A stretch of DNA of 58,444 bases from Chromera velia (taxonomy: Eukaryota): NCBI GenBank assembly GCA_018398765.1, contig JAHBMJ010000053.1, positions 1 to 58,444 on the forward strand, given 5' to 3'. Below the pieces are notes generated by a model. The model saw only the letters and a program-made list of their open reading frames with translations, did not search any database and had not been told where the DNA came from. The translations under genes and the position numbers were made by a program. Shown here piece by piece: positions 23,208-36,699 of the stretch. Numbering within the stretch: position 1 is the first letter of the stretch; every line of letters begins with the position of its first letter.

Positions 23208-26200
23208 ATGAGACAGATTTTCGAAATGCTTTCTCGTCCTGCTTCAGACCGTCTGTTTGGTCCCACAGTTTCCTCTTTTCTCCCGAAAAATTCTGCCCTA
23301 GGGCTCTCTCTAGATCACAGCAGAAGTCGGAAATGGGTTGATCAGCAATCAACAGGGCCGAGCAGGAGGGGCAAAGCTTATGCTGCCCGGGGTGTTGTCT
23401 CAGGCCCTTGGCTTCTGTCGTTCCCAAGTCATCTCCAAAACTGTGCACCAAGAGGGTCTCCGAACAACGATTGGGAAAGAAAACTTCAGACCGACTCCGG
23501 TTTCTTTCCTCTCGCAGGATCTTTTGTAACCTCTTCGGCTCTCTTCTTTGCTGAGAGAGCAACTGAGGTCATAAGTTTTCGTGCTGCTTGTGTGGGGTGC
23601 GTCAGCACACTCCAACATACTCCAAGGCAGTTCAGCACAGCAGCTGCTGTCTTTGCTACTTCTGTCCGGCTGGGAATTGTTGTGGATGAGGTGCGGACGG
23701 GCCTGGGGAAAGTAGCAAGTGCAGAGTGCTCCCAATTCGTCACAATCAGCCAGTCCTGGACTGAGAGGCTGGGCGCAATTGAGCTGGCGGTCGGTGGAAA
23801 GAGCTGTGATTCCTCCTGGATCGCAGGCGCGGAGACTTCTATCCCTGTATCCCGAAAAAGAAAACTTTGCCCACACGGGAAACAGAGCTACGTGTGTATA
23901 GACTGTGGTGGAAAAGGGCTTTGCGAGCATGGCCGTCAGAAGAACTATTGCAAGAAGTGCGGGAGCACACAAATTTGCGTGCATGGCCGCCAGCGCTCTC
24001 ATTGCAAAGAGTGTGGGGGGAAAGGATTCTGTGAACACGGCCGAAGGCGACACATCTGCAAGGAATGCAGAGGAAGCGCCATCTGTATTCATGGTCGTAT
24101 TAAGTACGTCTGTGTGGACTGTGGTGGAAGTGCTATTTGTGAGCATGGCCGTCAACGCAGTCAATGCCGAGACTGCGGGGGAGGAAGCATTTGTTCCCAT
24201 GGTCGGACGCGCTCCACGTGCCGCGAATGCGGCGGTGGTAGTTTCTGTGAACATGGTCGCCGACGTTCAGAGTGCAGGGAGTGTGGGGGTGGCAGCATCT
24301 GTGAACACGGACGCATACGTACAACATGTAGAGACTGTGGGGGGGGGGGTCTTTGTAGACACGGCCGATTACGTCCAAAATGCAGGGAATGTGGAGGGGG
24401 CAGCTTCTGTGAGCACGGGCGCCAGAGAAGCCTTTGCGCAGAATGCCAGAAAGACAATCCCGCTGTTTACCAAAGGCGAGAAAGGCGCAAGATTAGGTAT
24501 AGAGAGAACGTTGCCTACAGATTGGCATACGTAGTCAGAAATTCGGTTTGGAGATGCCTGACTGCTGTACGTGAAAGTAGATCTCTGCCCCAAACTAAGC
24601 ATTCCCACGAGTACCTCGGTTGCTCGTTCCCCGACCTCAAAGCCCACCTCGAGAGGGACGACTTCCACGGTAACCCCGGAATGTCGTGGGAGAATTACGG
24701 GAGTCTGTGGCACGTTGACCATATTGTGCCAATTTGGTACCGCGGGGCTGGGGGTGAGAAACCGGACACTGAGACTGTGATTTGTCGTCTCCACTTCTCT
24801 AATCTACAGCCGATGTGGTCAGAACAAAATCTGCGTAAGGGAAACAGGTATGTGGGGAAAGCATCAGCACTTTCCCTCACAACACAAAATCTCTCCACCA
24901 GGTCTGAATGTATTAGGCAGGAGACAGCCATGGGGGGTAGATCATCCGTGTCAACGAATCCGAGTGTCTTTGGCGGGTTCAGAGGCGTCCGAACCTTCTA
25001 CTCGTTGACTGCCCCAAATGCGTGCACAAGAGCAAATCGTTTCAGTCATCCTGCCACCCTGTGCGCTGGGGGGGTTGTTGCATCAACTGAGGGGGGGTTG
25101 GTGGGACAGGGACGAGCATACAGCAAGCGACTCAACTCCCCCTCAGTAACTCTTATCAGGCCCCTGTCGGCACTTCCGCCCTCCCCTTTGCCCGGCAAGG
25201 TAGACCGACGCATAGGCCCGGGTCCCCCTCCTTCCGGATGCTCTAGGCAGCGGGATGGGGGGTTAGTGCAAGACGAAACAGAACCCAGTCGGAGAGATGC
25301 AATGACAATTGGTGGATCCCTACAAGTAGTCGCACCACAACACGCTGCCCGTTCCGCAGCTTCCACACGTTCGCACTCCCAGGCTGCTCCGCAAAGAGCC
25401 CGTTGTCCCCATGGGAGACAGCAGTATGACTGCAAAGAGTGCGGGGGGAAGGGAATTTGCGAGCACGGCCGAGTTCGAAGGACGTGTAAAGCGTGTGGAG
25501 GGTCGCAAATTTGTGAACATGGTCGGGTTCGGTCGGCATGTAGAGAGTGCGGAGGACCCCAAATCTGCGTGCATGGGCGAAGACGCACCGTCTGTGTAGA
25601 ATGCAGAGGGGGGTCGATTTGTGTGCACGGCCGCATGAGGTACTTTTGTCCCGACTGCCGTGGAAAGGGCATTTGTCAACACAGGCGCCAACGCAGCCAA
25701 TGTCAGGAGTGTGGAGGGGGAGGGATTTGCGAACACGGTCGTGTCCGCTCCTCATGTAAGGATTGCGGGGGTGGGAGTTTTTGCATACACGGTCGTCTAC
25801 GAACCAGATGTAGAGAATGTGGCGGTGGCAGTTTTTGTGAGCACGGTCCTCGAAGAAGTGACTGCCGAATTTGCCAGAAAGACAATCCTGTGTTTGTAGC
25901 CAGGCAAGCACGACGAAAGGAGCTTGTTTTTCGGTTGACTCACACAGTAAGATCCGCCGTTTGGAGATACCTTCGCGCCGTCGGAGACGGCAGATCTCCC
26001 TCCCACAAGAAACGCTCCCACGAATACCTTGGTTGCTCGTTCCCCGACCTCAAAGCGCACCTCGAGAAGGACGACTTCCACGGCAACCCCGGAATGTCGT
26101 GGGAGAATTACGGGGGCTTGTGGCACGTTGACCATATTGTGCCCATCATGTTTGTGGATACCGATGGTCAGAGACCGGATGTAGACACAGTCATTTCTCG

Positions 26201-26294
26201 TCTTCATTTCTCTAATCTTCAGCCAATGTGGGGTGAGGAAAACCTTCGAAAGGGAAATCGGTATATTGGAAAGCCTCCTAGAATTCGTGTATGA
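23208..26294 (+). CDS. Intronless 1028-aa protein: two tandem modules, each an array of 18-aa Cys/His (CxH-x6-CxxC) repeats plus an HNH endonuclease domain
   Basis: Array 1: 11 repeats at 23865-24446. HNH-like domain 1 at ~24510-24860 (YLGCS...LERDDFHGNPGMSWENYGSLWHVDHIVP...NLQPMWSEQNLRKGN). Array 2: 9 repeats at 25401-25874. HNH-like domain 2 at ~25920-26291 (WHVDHIVP...NLQPMWGEENLRKGN). The ORF is uninterrupted. Confidence 0.9.
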   Translation: MRQIFEMLSRPASDRLFGPTVSSFLPKNSALGLSLDHSRSRKWVDQQSTGPSRRGKAYAARGVVSGPWLLSFPSHLQNCAPRGSPNNDWERKLQTDSGFFPLAGSFVTSSALFFAERATEVISFRAACVGCVSTLQHTPRQFSTAAAVFATSVRLGIVVDEVRTGLGKVASAECSQFVTISQSWTERLGAIELAVGGKSCDSSWIAGAETSIPVSRKRKLCPHGKQSYVCIDCGGKGLCEHGRQKNYCKKCGSTQICVHGRQRSHCKECGGKGFCEHGRRRHICKECRGSAICIHGRIKYVCVDCGGSAICEHGRQRSQCRDCGGGSICSHGRTRSTCRECGGGSFCEHGRRRSECRECGGGSICEHGRIRTTCRDCGGGGLCRHGRLRPKCRECGGGSFCEHGRQRSLCAECQKDNPAVYQRRERRKIRYRENVAYRLAYVVRNSVWRCLTAVRESRSLPQTKHSHEYLGCSFPDLKAHLERDDFHGNPGMSWENYGSLWHVDHIVPIWYRGAGGEKPDTETVICRLHFSNLQPMWSEQNLRKGNRYVGKASALSLTTQNLSTRSECIRQETAMGGRSSVSTNPSVFGGFRGVRTFYSLTAPNACTRANRFSHPATLCAGGVVASTEGGLVGQGRAYSKRLNSPSVTLIRPLSALPPSPLPGKVDRRIGPGPPPSGCSRQRDGGLVQDETEPSRRDAMTIGGSLQVVAPQHAARSAASTRSHSQAAPQRARCPHGRQQYDCKECGGKGICEHGRVRRTCKACGGSQICEHGRVRSACRECGGPQICVHGRRRTVCVECRGGSICVHGRMRYFCPDCRGKGICQHRRQRSQCQECGGGGICEHGRVRSSCKDCGGGSFCIHGRLRTRCRECGGGSFCEHGPRRSDCRICQKDNPVFVARQARRKELVFRLTHTVRSAVWRYLRAVGDGRSPSHKKRSHEYLGCSFPDLKAHLEKDDFHGNPGMSWENYGGLWHVDHIVPIMFVDTDGQRPDVDTVISRLHFSNLQPMWGEENLRKGNRYIGKPPRIRV

Positions 26295-26652
26295 GAAGCA
26301 ATACGGACGGAACTTTATTTTACGATTACAATTATAATAATAAAAACACAAAAATTATGAGTGGACGTTATAGTACATAACTCTAGACTCGGATGTAAAC
26401 ATTTATAAATTAATGGCTTCCTACTGCAGTTAAACTTTGACTCAGACTTAGAAATTCTGATTCATCTCCGGTATTCGACCTGTATAGACCTAGGTATAGA
26501 CCCAAGTACGTATAGGTATAGACGTTATATTAAAACGTACTGGTAAACCATGTACGCTGAAGTAAATAATTATTAATTATGATTGAACGTAGATTAAAAC
26601 CTGAGTAATTTAGTCTAGAATTTAGTAAATTTGATTGAATTTATAGCGCTCA

Positions 26653-26750
26653 GTCTAGGCACTTTCCTTGGGAGCTGCACGTCGAACATTCGGCATTGGG
26701 GCGGGAGGCCAATCCTCCGGACATAAATCCTAATCCTAATCCTAATCCTA
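26653..26750 (+). mobile_element. 5'-truncated 3' end of a LINE/SINE-like element (copy 2) with (AATCCT)4 tail
   Basis: Direct repeat of 22104-22164, followed by AATCCTAATCCTAATCCTAATCCT. Short tandem-repeat tails are typical of some non-LTR retrotransposons. Confidence 0.6.
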
Positions 26751-28548
26751 TAAGAAAAAAAGTGCCTCCGAGTCATGCATTAAAAATTGATGCATGAATT
26801 ACTGCTAAAAGCTAGCTTTAGCTTACTTTAACTAGGCTAAAAGATAGAAGCCTAGAAATAGTAGGCTGATCATACTGCTGAATCGAGGCTGATCTACGGG
26901 CTGATCTAGAGGCTGATGGCGATGGCGTAATAATAATGATGATGATCATGAAAACCTCTCTAAAAACCTCTGTAAATAATCAAAAGTCATCAATATACAT
27001 CAAACAATATAATTTAAATTCCTAGTCAAATTTAAATAATAAATCAATCAACTACTATCTATGTCAGCGCTAGACTGATTGATAGGTAGTATTACGGACT
27101 CTACTATAAACTCTTAATTCGCCGCGTCTTCGTCGTCATTTATCATTTTATATTAGTATTTTCTAAAACTTTTGACATATATATGCATAGTCACATCATC
27201 ATCATCATTAGTTTTTTTGATTGAAGCCCCTCAACTAATTAGCATAAGAAGGATTACTGTGTAAATTATTATTAAGACCTTTTTCATTACTCTATTTAAA
27301 CGTGTCTTCTAGCTGTGTCAGAAAGACAGTTTACTAGTAGGACAATTCCCAAATGTGCTAATACACAGTGTTACACATTAAATTTGTCCTACTAGGTAGT
27401 ATATAGCATATCAACGTTATGATAATGATGATGTATGGGGTTAAAGCCGGTGAGCCGTATAGGCTCTGTATATGTGATGTATCGAGATGTGTGTGTGTGT
27501 GTGTGTGTTTTACAAATGTCACTTGAAATGTGAGAGGCGTCTCACATAAATTCCAGCAAGAATTCGGGTCGGAAAGGTGCTGGCAAGCAGGCAGTGATTA
27601 CTGAGTCACATACGTTTACAGAGAGGAAACGCGGGTGAAACCGATAATGCAGGATCGATCCTTTGCATCTTCGTTCGATTGTCCATGCAGAAAGCAGTTG
27701 GACCAGACGGAGGAGAGAGACATTCAAGCAGGCACACCAGCACACTTTTCGTTTACAGAAAGTGGTTGATTCTTTAGATGCAGTGCGCAGCGTTGACTGT
27801 CAGAATTCTGGGAACAAGATTGAGTGAGATTACGGAAAATTTTTGCAAAAGAGGCAAGTGCCCCTCGAGGAAGATGCCGGCAGGCCTCTGAGAAGAGTCA
27901 CGAGAATATAGATACAAAGTGGACAGACACGTACATGCACTGGCAGGGTGCGATTCGACTCACTCGACAGATCAGCAGACTAAGTTACAAAGTGGACAAA
28001 AGAGGGAAGCTTCAGAGCTCCAGACAGAAAGAACAGAGAAATCAGAAAACACACGGCCGAACAAACAAACAGGCAAACCGCATCACCCTTCCATACCTTT
28101 CTGTGCGGAAGGCTCAAGGCAAGAAAAGTGAGAACACATAAAAAGCAAGGGAGCGCGTATCGCGCAGCTGCCCTCCTCTTTCCCGTCGACCTCTTCCCTT
28201 CTGTACCTCTTTCCCAGTCTCCCACAAATACAGTGTGTCAAGTCAAAAATAGAAAACAAACATTGTCGATTTGCCTTTGCCCCTCCTCTATACAGACAAA
28301 GAAAAAAGTGAAGATGGCAAGGTATGTCTTCCAATCTCATACTGTACCAAAGACATCAGTGACAGCAACAGAACAGAAAACACAAGACAAAGAAGGAAAC
28401 TTTCGAAGAATTCATTAAATAAGAAGAGAGAGGCACCACAGAGGAATCGCGGTTCATCTTGCAAAGTCACCCTTCACTTTTTCCCATGCACCCCCCTCTG
28501 TTTCAACCAAGAGCAATACTCGACACTTCATTCCTCCACCACTTTTCC

Positions 28549-31883
<3,335 letters not shown>

Positions 31884-32476
31884 TCATCATGCAAAGCCTT
31901 GCCATGGCTCGATCTTCGTGCCACATCGTGCCACTAAATTCGGCTTCCAAGTCCCGCGCCGCGCGGTCCTGCGGGGATCCGGATATCCATCCGGGCGCCC
32001 GGATCCCTCCGAGCCGCCGGGTGCGACGGGAGCGCGCCGCGGAGGCCGGTCGAGGAGCTCGGATCGAAAATCTCCCGAAAAAGACCATCTGGCGGCGTCT
32101 ACTCAATTTTCATCACTCTGAGGCGCTCTGAAGCACATTGAATGTAAAAGAAATTTTGAATTCTTTTCGTGTCTGCTTTCAAAAATATATATTCAAATTT
32201 AAACGTTTATCTACATTGCTCTATTTTAAAGAATTTTTTAAAGCCTTTCAACGGTACTTAAAATAACTCAAAAATAATCTTTTAAAAAAATCTTCCCTCT
32301 TCACCTAGCTAAAAATAGCTAAAAATACTAGTAAAAATAGTTAAACATATATTTAACATAACTTGATTGTAGGCTTATTTATACATAAGATGCATTAAAC
32401 TGGTGAGGGTTTAAACCTGGGTTTTGATAATTCAAATTAATTTAAATCATGACCCTCTCCTCTGCCAATGTGAGTG

Positions 32477-32740
32477 TGAGCCTTACACCTGGGCGCGCCG
32501 CGAAGAGGCGTGGCGGCGGCAAGCATGGCGGGACGCGCGCAACAGACTGAATTGTGCCAGTGATCAAAAAGAGCGTGTGCGCACAGCAATTGGTCTGAAT
32601 TATGTGTCGAGGTTATTTGGTATTAGCAGACTGACATTGAATAGCAGGACATTGACAGACTGGTCTACTTGTCAGACCTCCTTCCTTAAGAATCCTTAAG
32701 AGTCCCGTTATGCTCTAGAGCCCCGTACAAAGCTGACAGT
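32477..32740 (+). repeat. Dispersed repeat, uninterrupted copy (second copy is 38916-39031 plus 40834-40981)
   Basis: 32477-32592 aligns to 38916-39031 and 32593-32740 aligns to 40834-40981, with only transition mismatches seen. Confidence 0.92.
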
Positions 32741-32948
32741 TTAGTTAGCAGAGCAGGATCAACCACGGCTGCACAGACGTTCACGGTTACTGACAGCGAG
32801 GATTGTAGACCATCGCTGAAAGTTTCTGTTAAACCCGAATCACCACTGTTGATAGTACAGTTGAACCAACTATATGGTTTGCTGCTTACAGTGTCGAGAA
32901 ATCTGTAGAAACAGTTGGATGCTCTATTGGAAATTGTGCTGAGTCGTT

Positions 32949-34130
32949 TTGTTTATCATGAGCAGAGAAATTTTGGAGACGTTTGAGAAAGCTACGTTGC
33001 TTATCGATCGAGTGGACGAGCTTCGCCATGTGTCGGTAGTGGACGCTGCAAAGAACAGACATGATGTTTTTAGAAAATTTTTTGCAGTGGCGGAGGAGCT
33101 GGTGATGTTGTTCGGAGGTGGAGTGAGAAAGAAGGAGGAATCTGTGTCTGAGGTGGAACTCAAAGTAATCCATCAGACTGAGGCACCGTCAGTGGTGACG
33201 TTTGGGAAAGAAGGAACGAAAAGGACAAGGGGAAGTCGACGTATGACTAGAGCGCAATGGGATAGAAAGAATTTCTTATTCTAGAAGGTTGCACATAATC
33301 ATCTGCCTGCAGCTAGTATGGTACCCAAAATCACACCAAGCAGACCGCCTCGCAACAGCAGAGTCAGTGTGCAGACTGACATCCCCAGTGATCTTTCTCC
33401 GGAAGTGAGGGGAATATACCAGATTGTCCGGGACTGTCATACCAAGCAAACAGAAGCCATCGCAGTAGAACAGAGGGAGTTGTATCAAGTTTGAGGGGCA
33501 GAGCATTGTCCGACTGTCCCATTGGAGCCTGTGAAGGAAGAGAGTGTTGGGATAGTCGCTGTGAGCCCGGTGGACAGAAATAGAAGCAAGGAGCACAAGG
33601 GACGGTCTGAGAGAAACCATGACCGCCGCTACCGGAAGTGACAGCGACTGCGGAAGCGAGAGCTGAATGGGGTGCACACTTATCCCAGAAAGCACGGAAA
33701 GTGGATGAGCTGCAGAGAGCTTGAGACGGCTGTAAGGGCCATAGCCATTGCAGTGAGTGTACCTCACGTATAGTCTGAGCCGCTGAGGATTGTGGATTCG
33801 TGGAGCAGATGGTAGTATGTTAGAGGAAAGTCAGGTGGGATTTTCAATGATGACAACTGGGTGTCAGTACCGGAGACGTTTGGAGAGAAAGTGGCCAGAC
33901 AGAATGCAGAGTTGAGCAGCGTAGCAATGAGCCAGAAGGGAATTTACAAAAAGAACTCAAAGCGAAGGATCAGTTATGGTGGTATGATAGGAGAAAGAAG
34001 GCAGAGAGTGTGGTATGAGCATGGTATGACCCATGTACAGTGGAGAGTGCATGCCACTGAGGTTCAGCAAAAGCAGCAGTGGGCACAAAAGACGCTGCTT
34101 GGAATCAATCCTTGGATAGAGCCTTACTGA
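32949..34130 (+). pseudogene. Decayed coding sequence of unknown, probably transposon, origin
   Basis: Purine-rich, coding-like sequence read through scattered TGA/TAG stops (e.g. ELYQV*GAEH, RYRK*QRLRK, VPHV*SEPL). No family recognised. Confidence 0.35.
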
Positions 34131-36121
34131 TTGGGCAGAGGAACTTGATTGTGGTAATTAGAGATGTCTGGTCTTTTCTGTTTTTACTTATAATCATGAA
34201 TGCCGCGTTTTTAAACGCTGAATAGTGCCATAGGGGCACCGCGGCAGCCATACATCTCCAAGTCAGTGCACTCCTGGATTGTTTTTCTTTTGGTTGTGAG
34301 TTGAAGTTAGAAAATTTGTTTCCAGGGGAAAAAAGATAGAGTGTGTGGATGCATATAGGGAGAAGGGATCGAAGTGTGTGTGTTGAGGTGGTTGGTATGT
34401 CTGACTGTATTTCTCTCTATATATCCCGACTGTCTTGACTCTCTGTGATAGGAATTAGTCATGGGGGGTTGAGAACTGACTGTACTGACAATTGAAACTT
34501 TTGTACTAGAAAGTGACTTTTAATTTTCTATGTATCACACTAAATTTTATATAAAAAACTAAGTCTTTAAAGCACTTAGAATGATTTTATTTATTGTTTT
34601 TTACCTGCATGAAAGTATAAACAACTTTTAAAGATAAGGTTTAATGGGTTTGTGGTGTGTATGTTGGAAATTGTTGGACGTGAGTGAGGTGAAAGAGTTA
34701 TAGTATGTTGATATATCGGGGAGTGATTGCAGACTCTGTAAGCATATGACAATGCGCAGTGTAATACACAAACAAGCTAACTTTTACTTCTAATGGAATA
34801 CGCTGAATTCGTATACTGATGTAAGGAGGGAGTACACAGCGGGCAACCCCCATGAAAGGTAAGAATGAATATCAGCAAACAGATCTACCGATTTGACACC
34901 CACAGAAAGCAGTTCAACCAAACAAATGTTGAGCACTATGACCGTGCAAGAGGTAAATGCTTAGCTTCTGAAAGCCTGATCGATCGATGGCCTCTAGCCA
35001 GAGGGCCTTGCCTATGACCAGCCATCATAGCGTTCTTGTTTTTTCTAGGTGAGGCCCGGCACTGGCCACTGGGTTTTAGTCTACTCAGGAGCCCTACCTC
35101 CAAATTCTTATGCAAACAAGAGCTGCGCCTCACTCCCACAACTTCAGATCATCCGAGATTACCAGCTGTAATGCTTCCTCACGAAACGCAAGCACCGACA
35201 AACGGTCCTCCGAGAAAGGCTCAGTCTGACCTGCAGCACAGATATGCAAAAATTCATAAAGTGGCTCACCTTCTGGCCATCCAGAGCTGGCCCCCTCATC
35301 CAGAAAGCCTTTCCAGCTCCTCATCTAGAGCTTGTTAGAGCGCACGCATGGAAAGGATTCAATGGAAGCTTCACTGGGGCAACTTTGTAGGCCCCTTTGC
35401 GTGGAGACGGGCCGTGCCCTTCGTGATGGAAGATCAAAATTGCCCTCTCAGGGCAACCAGTAGAGTGAATGTCATAAACCTAAGAAAAAGTAAAGAAGCC
35501 AATCTTCTAGGCTTTCGATAAAGCCTACTTTTATCGCTGGAGAGCAAGTCTGTGTGATGGGAGAGAGGCGGTACTAGGTCGTGCTCTGATCGACTTGAAA
35601 CATTCGACGGAAAGCCGATTTTAGGAGCCGATTTTAGATCGGCCAACCATGTGACGGCCCCGGAAGGCAAGCTACACGTTGCAAACCAGGGCCCGGCCGG
35701 CCATCAAGGCCAAAAAGCACTTCCCGGCTGCACGTTGACCCATCAAAAATTTGATTCAAAATGCCGATCTGAAAAATTCTCAGTCAGGTCTTCAGAAAGT
35801 TCTCCTCCAGTCAGAAAGTCGGGTCAACAGAATGGGCCTCTATCCACAAAATCTCGTTGTCAAGCATTCTATTGAATTATATTGGAAAGCTTGACAACGA
35901 CGAAATCGTGTTCAGCTTGTTGTTCCAGAACCTCATTTTTGGAGGGGTTACAGATTCCGGAGTTTTTTCCCCCTCCGGTATCTGTGTTGGCTGGACACCT
36001 CTGGTTGCTTGTGGGAGTGGTTGCCTCAGTGCAAAGGAGTTGTACAATAACTAGAAGGGTTGGCAGACTGGTTTGGATCGCTCAATCAGGTCAGTTCGTT
36101 TTGTGTCGTTCCACCAGCAAC

Positions 36122-36348
36122 AGGGGGGGGTGGACCCTCTCGCAGGGGTACGAAGCGGGCCAATTTGGTACCCCTGGTGGAGGGGGGGGGTCCGACCTGC
36201 TCTGCAAGTTTGCGTCCAAAATGTGTCTAGGAGTGTTTCCTCGACACATTTTGGACGTAAACCTGCAGAGCAGGTCGGACCTCCCCCCTCCACCAGGGGT
36301 ACAAAATTGGCCCGCTTCGTACCCCTGCGAGAGGGTCTACCCCCCCCT
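36122..36348. repeat. Near-perfect GC-rich palindrome (foldback MITE-like), ~110-bp arms
   Basis: AGGGGGGGGTGGACCCTCTCGCAGGGGTACGAAGCGGGCCAATT... pairs with ...AATTGGCCCGCTTCGTACCCCTGCGAGAGGGTCTACCCCCCCCT around a ~5-nt loop near 36235. Confidence 0.92.
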
Positions 36349-36699
36349 CCCAATAAGGGAATTGAAAAAATCTTATTTGCAGAGATGAGCCTTCTTAGTG
36401 CATGCAGAAGGCTTTGTACGATGTCTGTGAGTGTTCTTGTGTGGCTGCAACCTGGCCATTGTGGTTTCTGAATGACTGACTGGTCTGCCCTCGGCAAGGC
36501 ACAAAACTGCCGTCTCCCTTTGCGTGTGTTGTTCACCCCTACCCCCCTCCTCTGCTCTTTGCAGGTCGTGGGTCTCCTCCAGGAGATGCTTATTTTATGT
36601 CTCAGTCCTTCTTCAACTCATCCAGAGGTAGGTCTTTGCATTTTTGTTAAGGCCGCAGTCTTCAGACTGCGAAAGGGAGTAGCGCCCCTACGTGCCGAG

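Noticed and set aside
24700..24850. VDHIVP motif as evidence for a Cas9/IscB gene
   Set aside because: No RuvC motifs, bridge helix or guide-RNA locus seen; only the generic HNH motif is shared.
23400..26351. Long antisense and alternative-frame ORFs over the repeat-HNH gene
   Set aside because: Shadows of the repetitive GC-rich coding strand, with no independent protein features.
26725..26750. (TTAGGA)4 on the minus strand as an interstitial telomere
   Set aside because: Only four units, attached to a dispersed repeat whose other copy has a related but different tail; better explained as a retroelement tail.
34810..34865. CTGATG...GAAA as a hammerhead ribozyme
   Set aside because: The core reads CTGATGT rather than CTGANGA and the required stems could not be built. 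No hammerhead core was found in the RT insertion either.
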